64,000 nt of DNA from contig JAFSAU010000043.1 in NCBI GenBank assembly GCA_017442155.1, forward strand, positions 3,020-67,019, in the 5' to 3' direction. Below the pieces are notes generated by a model that did not search any database, had not been told where the DNA came from, and saw nothing but the letters and a program-made list of their open reading frames with translations. The stretch is from Clostridia bacterium. Lineage in GTDB: Bacteria; Bacillota; Clostridia; UMGS1883; UMGS1540. Shown here one piece after another: positions 61,337 to 64,000 of this stretch. The position numbers and the translations under genes were made by a program. How positions within the stretch are numbered: position 1 is the first letter of the stretch; every line of letters starts with the position of its first letter.

Positions 61337-62641
61337 GTGAAAGAAAAACACTTGATAGTTATCAGCGTTGATGCACTTGTTTATGAAGATTTAGAGTATG
61401 CAAAGACTCTTTCGGCGTTCGGTACTATTTTAAAAAACGGTTCAATTATAAAAAGAGTTAAAACAATATATCCGTCTTTGACGCATCCTGTTCATGCAAC
61501 CTTGCTTACAGGCTGTCCGGCAGGAGTTACAGGCATATATTCAAATGAAATGTTTGGTACTGCAGAAAACAGAAAGTGGTTTAATTTTCTTGACGAAATA
61601 AAGTGCGATACCATACTTCATGCGGCAAAAAGAGCAGGACTGACGACCGCTGCGTGCCGCTGGCCTGTTACTGCGGGCGGCGATTCAGTTATAGATTATT
61701 TAATTCCTGAATTTTTTCATGATTACCTTACAGGATATGAAAATGATGTTGTAGAAGCATATAAAAATGTTGGTGCAAAAGATAATGTGGCAGATATAAT
61801 CGGGGAGATGGTTAAACGGTACGGTACAACCAACGAACATCCTATATATGACGAATCACAGATGTTCGCTGCAGCGGAGATTATAAAAAAATACAAACCG
61901 AATTTAATGTTTATGCATCCCGGTTATGTGGATGCTACCCGTCACAGAACAGGCTTATTTACAGATGAAGTAAAAGAAGCTATCAACTTAACCAATACAT
62001 GGCTTGAGTGGATTTTTTCTGCAGTAGAAGAGGCAGGAATAAAGGAGAGCACAGATATAGTAGTGCTCAGCGATCATGGACATTTAAATATTTGCCGTAC
62101 AGTATGTCCAAATGTTTTTCTTGCTGATAAAGGGTATATAACACTTGACGAGAAGGATGAAATAGTATCATGGAAAGCGTATGCAGCAAGCTGCGGTCTT
62201 TCTGCGCAGGTATATCTTTCCGATAAATCAGATACAAAACTCTACAGTGATGTATACGATATGCTGAAGCATATGGCGTCAGAAAAACTCTATGGTTTTG
62301 AAAAGGTATTTACGCATGAGGAGGTTAAAGATAAATACGGATTAAGCGGCGATTTCAGCTTTGTTCTTGAAACAGATGGTTTTTCAAGCTTTAATGAAGC
62401 CCTGACCAGACCGGCCGTGAGAACAATTGATATTTCTGATTATCGTTATGGACATTCAACGCACGGGCATATGCCTGAAAAAGGACCGCAGCCTCCCTTT
62501 ATGGCAATCGGACCGTCTTTTAAAAAAGGAGCTGTAGTTGAAAACGGGGATATATTAAATCACGCGCCTACCCTTGCGAAAGCATTAGGTATAACCATGC
62601 CTGAAACACAGGGAACGGCAGTAGATGAAATCTTAATATAG
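61337..62641 (+). CDS. Alkaline-phosphatase-superfamily nucleotide pyrophosphatase/phosphodiesterase (type I phosphodiesterase-like)
   Basis: A GTG start after an AAAGGAG RBS. VISVDALVYEDLE...YPSLTHPVHATLLTG...VVLSDHGH motifs fit the Phosphodiest family. GC is markedly lower than in the flanks. Confidence 0.6.
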   Translation: MKEKHLIVISVDALVYEDLEYAKTLSAFGTILKNGSIIKRVKTIYPSLTHPVHATLLTGCPAGVTGIYSNEMFGTAENRKWFNFLDEIKCDTILHAAKRAGLTTAACRWPVTAGGDSVIDYLIPEFFHDYLTGYENDVVEAYKNVGAKDNVADIIGEMVKRYGTTNEHPIYDESQMFAAAEIIKKYKPNLMFMHPGYVDATRHRTGLFTDEVKEAINLTNTWLEWIFSAVEEAGIKESTDIVVLSDHGHLNICRTVCPNVFLADKGYITLDEKDEIVSWKAYAASCGLSAQVYLSDKSDTKLYSDVYDMLKHMASEKLYGFEKVFTHEEVKDKYGLSGDFSFVLETDGFSSFNEALTRPAVRTIDISDYRYGHSTHGHMPEKGPQPPFMAIGPSFKKGAVVENGDILNHAPTLAKALGITMPETQGTAVDEILI

Positions 62642-62755
62642 TAAAGCTTCGGCAGTATTGCAGTTGCATTTGTATTATTGTTCTGCCTGGTGCAAGCTTT
62701 ATTTGAGAATTGAAAGCAATACGTCATAATATTTTCACACACGGAGGAAACCGAA

Positions 62756-63769
62756 ATGTATCTGATATCTCCTTTTAAGAAACAATATAAGGCAAATCTG
62801 CACAGCCACAGTGTGCTATCCGACGGAAAAAAGACGCCTGCAGAGCTTAAAGCAATGTACAAAGAGAGAGGGTATTCCATCCTTTCCATAACAGACCACG
62901 AAACGCCGAAAAACCATTCTTACTTAAATGATGCGGAATTTCTGACCATCACCGGCTATGAGGCGTACATACGAAAGGATGCGGATTGCAAATACGATGT
63001 ATACGCCAAGGAAATCCATATCAATCTTTTTGCCAGGGACCCGGAAAATGAAAGCATCGTCTGCTTTAATCCCGCATATTGCAAATACATGCCGGAGGAA
63101 GAAAAGGAAAAATATGTAAAGGTAGGGTCGCAGAAAACCAGAGAGTACAGCGTGGACTACATCAATGCGTTTATAAAGACCGCAAAAGAAAACGGATATA
63201 TCGCGGCCTACAACCATCCCTGGTGGTCGATGGAGGACGAAGCGGATATTCTGGCATACGACGGCTTTTTCAGTATGGAAATGTGCAACTACAGCAGTTA
63301 TCAGATAGGCGGTCTGGAATATAACGGCGCACTGTATGATAAAATGCTGAAAAGCGGCAAGCGGATTTTCTGCCACAGTGCGGACGATAATCACAATGCC
63401 CTCCCGCCGGATTCTCCGAAGTCGGATTCCTTCGGGGGCTTTGCCATGCTGATGCCGGAAAGCTTTACATACGATGCAGTAATAGAGGCCATGGAAAAGG
63501 GAGAAATCTATTCCTCCATGGGGCCGGTATTCAAAGAGATTTCCGTGGAGGGAAACAGGGTACATGTTGAATGCTCCGAAGTGAAAAGAATAATGGTTTT
63601 TACAGGAAGTAAGGCACCAAAAAGTGCGATTGCACCGGAGGGAAAAACCATTTCGGCGGCAGAGTTTGAAATTGACGAACGGGCCGGATATATTCGTATA
63701 TCCGTCATGGATGCCCTGGGGAGAAGAGCGGATACGCGCGGCTACTTCCGGGATGAACTGGGGCTGTAG
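62756..63769 (+). CDS. PHP-domain phosphoesterase
   Basis: The N-terminal ANLHSHSVLSDG PHP His motif, and downstream ITDHE and YNHP motifs. Confidence 0.6.
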   Translation: MYLISPFKKQYKANLHSHSVLSDGKKTPAELKAMYKERGYSILSITDHETPKNHSYLNDAEFLTITGYEAYIRKDADCKYDVYAKEIHINLFARDPENESIVCFNPAYCKYMPEEEKEKYVKVGSQKTREYSVDYINAFIKTAKENGYIAAYNHPWWSMEDEADILAYDGFFSMEMCNYSSYQIGGLEYNGALYDKMLKSGKRIFCHSADDNHNALPPDSPKSDSFGGFAMLMPESFTYDAVIEAMEKGEIYSSMGPVFKEISVEGNRVHVECSEVKRIMVFTGSKAPKSAIAPEGKTISAAEFEIDERAGYIRISVMDALGRRADTRGYFRDELGL

Positions 63770-63786
63770 ACAGAGAGGGGAAAACC

Positions 63787-64000
63787 ATGAAAAAAATACT
63801 ATGTATACTGCTTTGCTTGTTGGTGTTGGTGCCGGCGGGCTGTAAAAAAACAGGAGAAAACACGGTTTTGACACCGGGCGTCGAGGGCGGCGGTGCCGAT
63901 GTACCCTACAAAATTGCCGTTGTGACCGGTGATACCGTTTACAGTGAAGCTATTTTTGAAGCAAGGCGACAGGCGGCGAACAATCCTTGTATTATTACCC
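63787..64000 (+). CDS. Lipoprotein (partial; possibly a BMP-family substrate-binding protein), running off the window end
   Basis: The MKKILCILLCLLVLVPAGC lipobox; KIAVVTGDTV resembles the BMP-family N-terminus. Truncated at the window edge. Confidence 0.4.
   Translation, partial: MKKILCILLCLLVLVPAGCKKTGENTVLTPGVEGGGADVPYKIAVVTGDTVYSEAIFEARRQAANNPCIIT

Noticed and set aside
62924-63874. A 316-aa minus-strand ORF opposite the PHP-domain gene
   Set aside because: The plus-strand ORF has clear PHP His motifs and an RBS. The minus-strand ORF has no recognisable motifs, so it reads as the antisense frame.

Overview
This 64 kb window reads as a Firmicutes (Clostridia-like) chromosomal segment with moderately high GC that spans the replication origin. 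The evidence for that is a minus-strand soj (50015-50779) and spo0J (49143-49985) pair and three perfect 16-bp parS palindromes (50836-50948), all lying upstream of a DnaA-box cluster (51109-51235). Downstream on the plus strand run dnaA, dnaN, an S4-domain yaaA-like gene, recF, a remB/yaaB-like gene, gyrB and gyrA (51272-59812). The left end carries a sporulation spoIIIAB to spoIIIAH operon (2472-6196) with no spoIIIAA upstream. Next is a short AT-rich islet (about 6200-7430). It is followed by a roughly 10 kb phage-like structural cluster (8154-17894) encoding a frameshifted portal, scaffold, capsid, a fiber with phage-fiber repeats, a holin/amidase lysis cassette, a connector and two unassigned structural proteins. 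No terminase, integrase or tail tube/sheath/tape-measure gene is visible in the cluster or its flanks. The middle of the window holds two large SLH-domain cell-surface proteins, an SDR plus LarA-like two-gene operon, a tRNA-Ala followed by a 73-bp perfect direct-repeat pair, and a block of housekeeping genes including tsaA, yfbR, rluA-family, rnc, acpP, polA and coaE. A minus-strand tRNA-Met/tRNA-Glu pair sits beside a serS-capA-X operon. X is a 647-aa protein with a Lys/Pro-rich low-complexity N-terminal region, a DUF4145-like (restriction/abortive-infection-associated) central region and an unrecognised Cys/His-rich C-terminal domain. The right end has yvcK and a low-GC nucleotide pyrophosphatase/phosphodiesterase-like gene preceded by a long hairpin-rich leader. 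The two candidates I consider most likely to be undescribed are the tail-less phage capsid cluster and the serS-linked DUF4145 multidomain protein. Both calls rest on motif-level reading of the translations, not on database searches.
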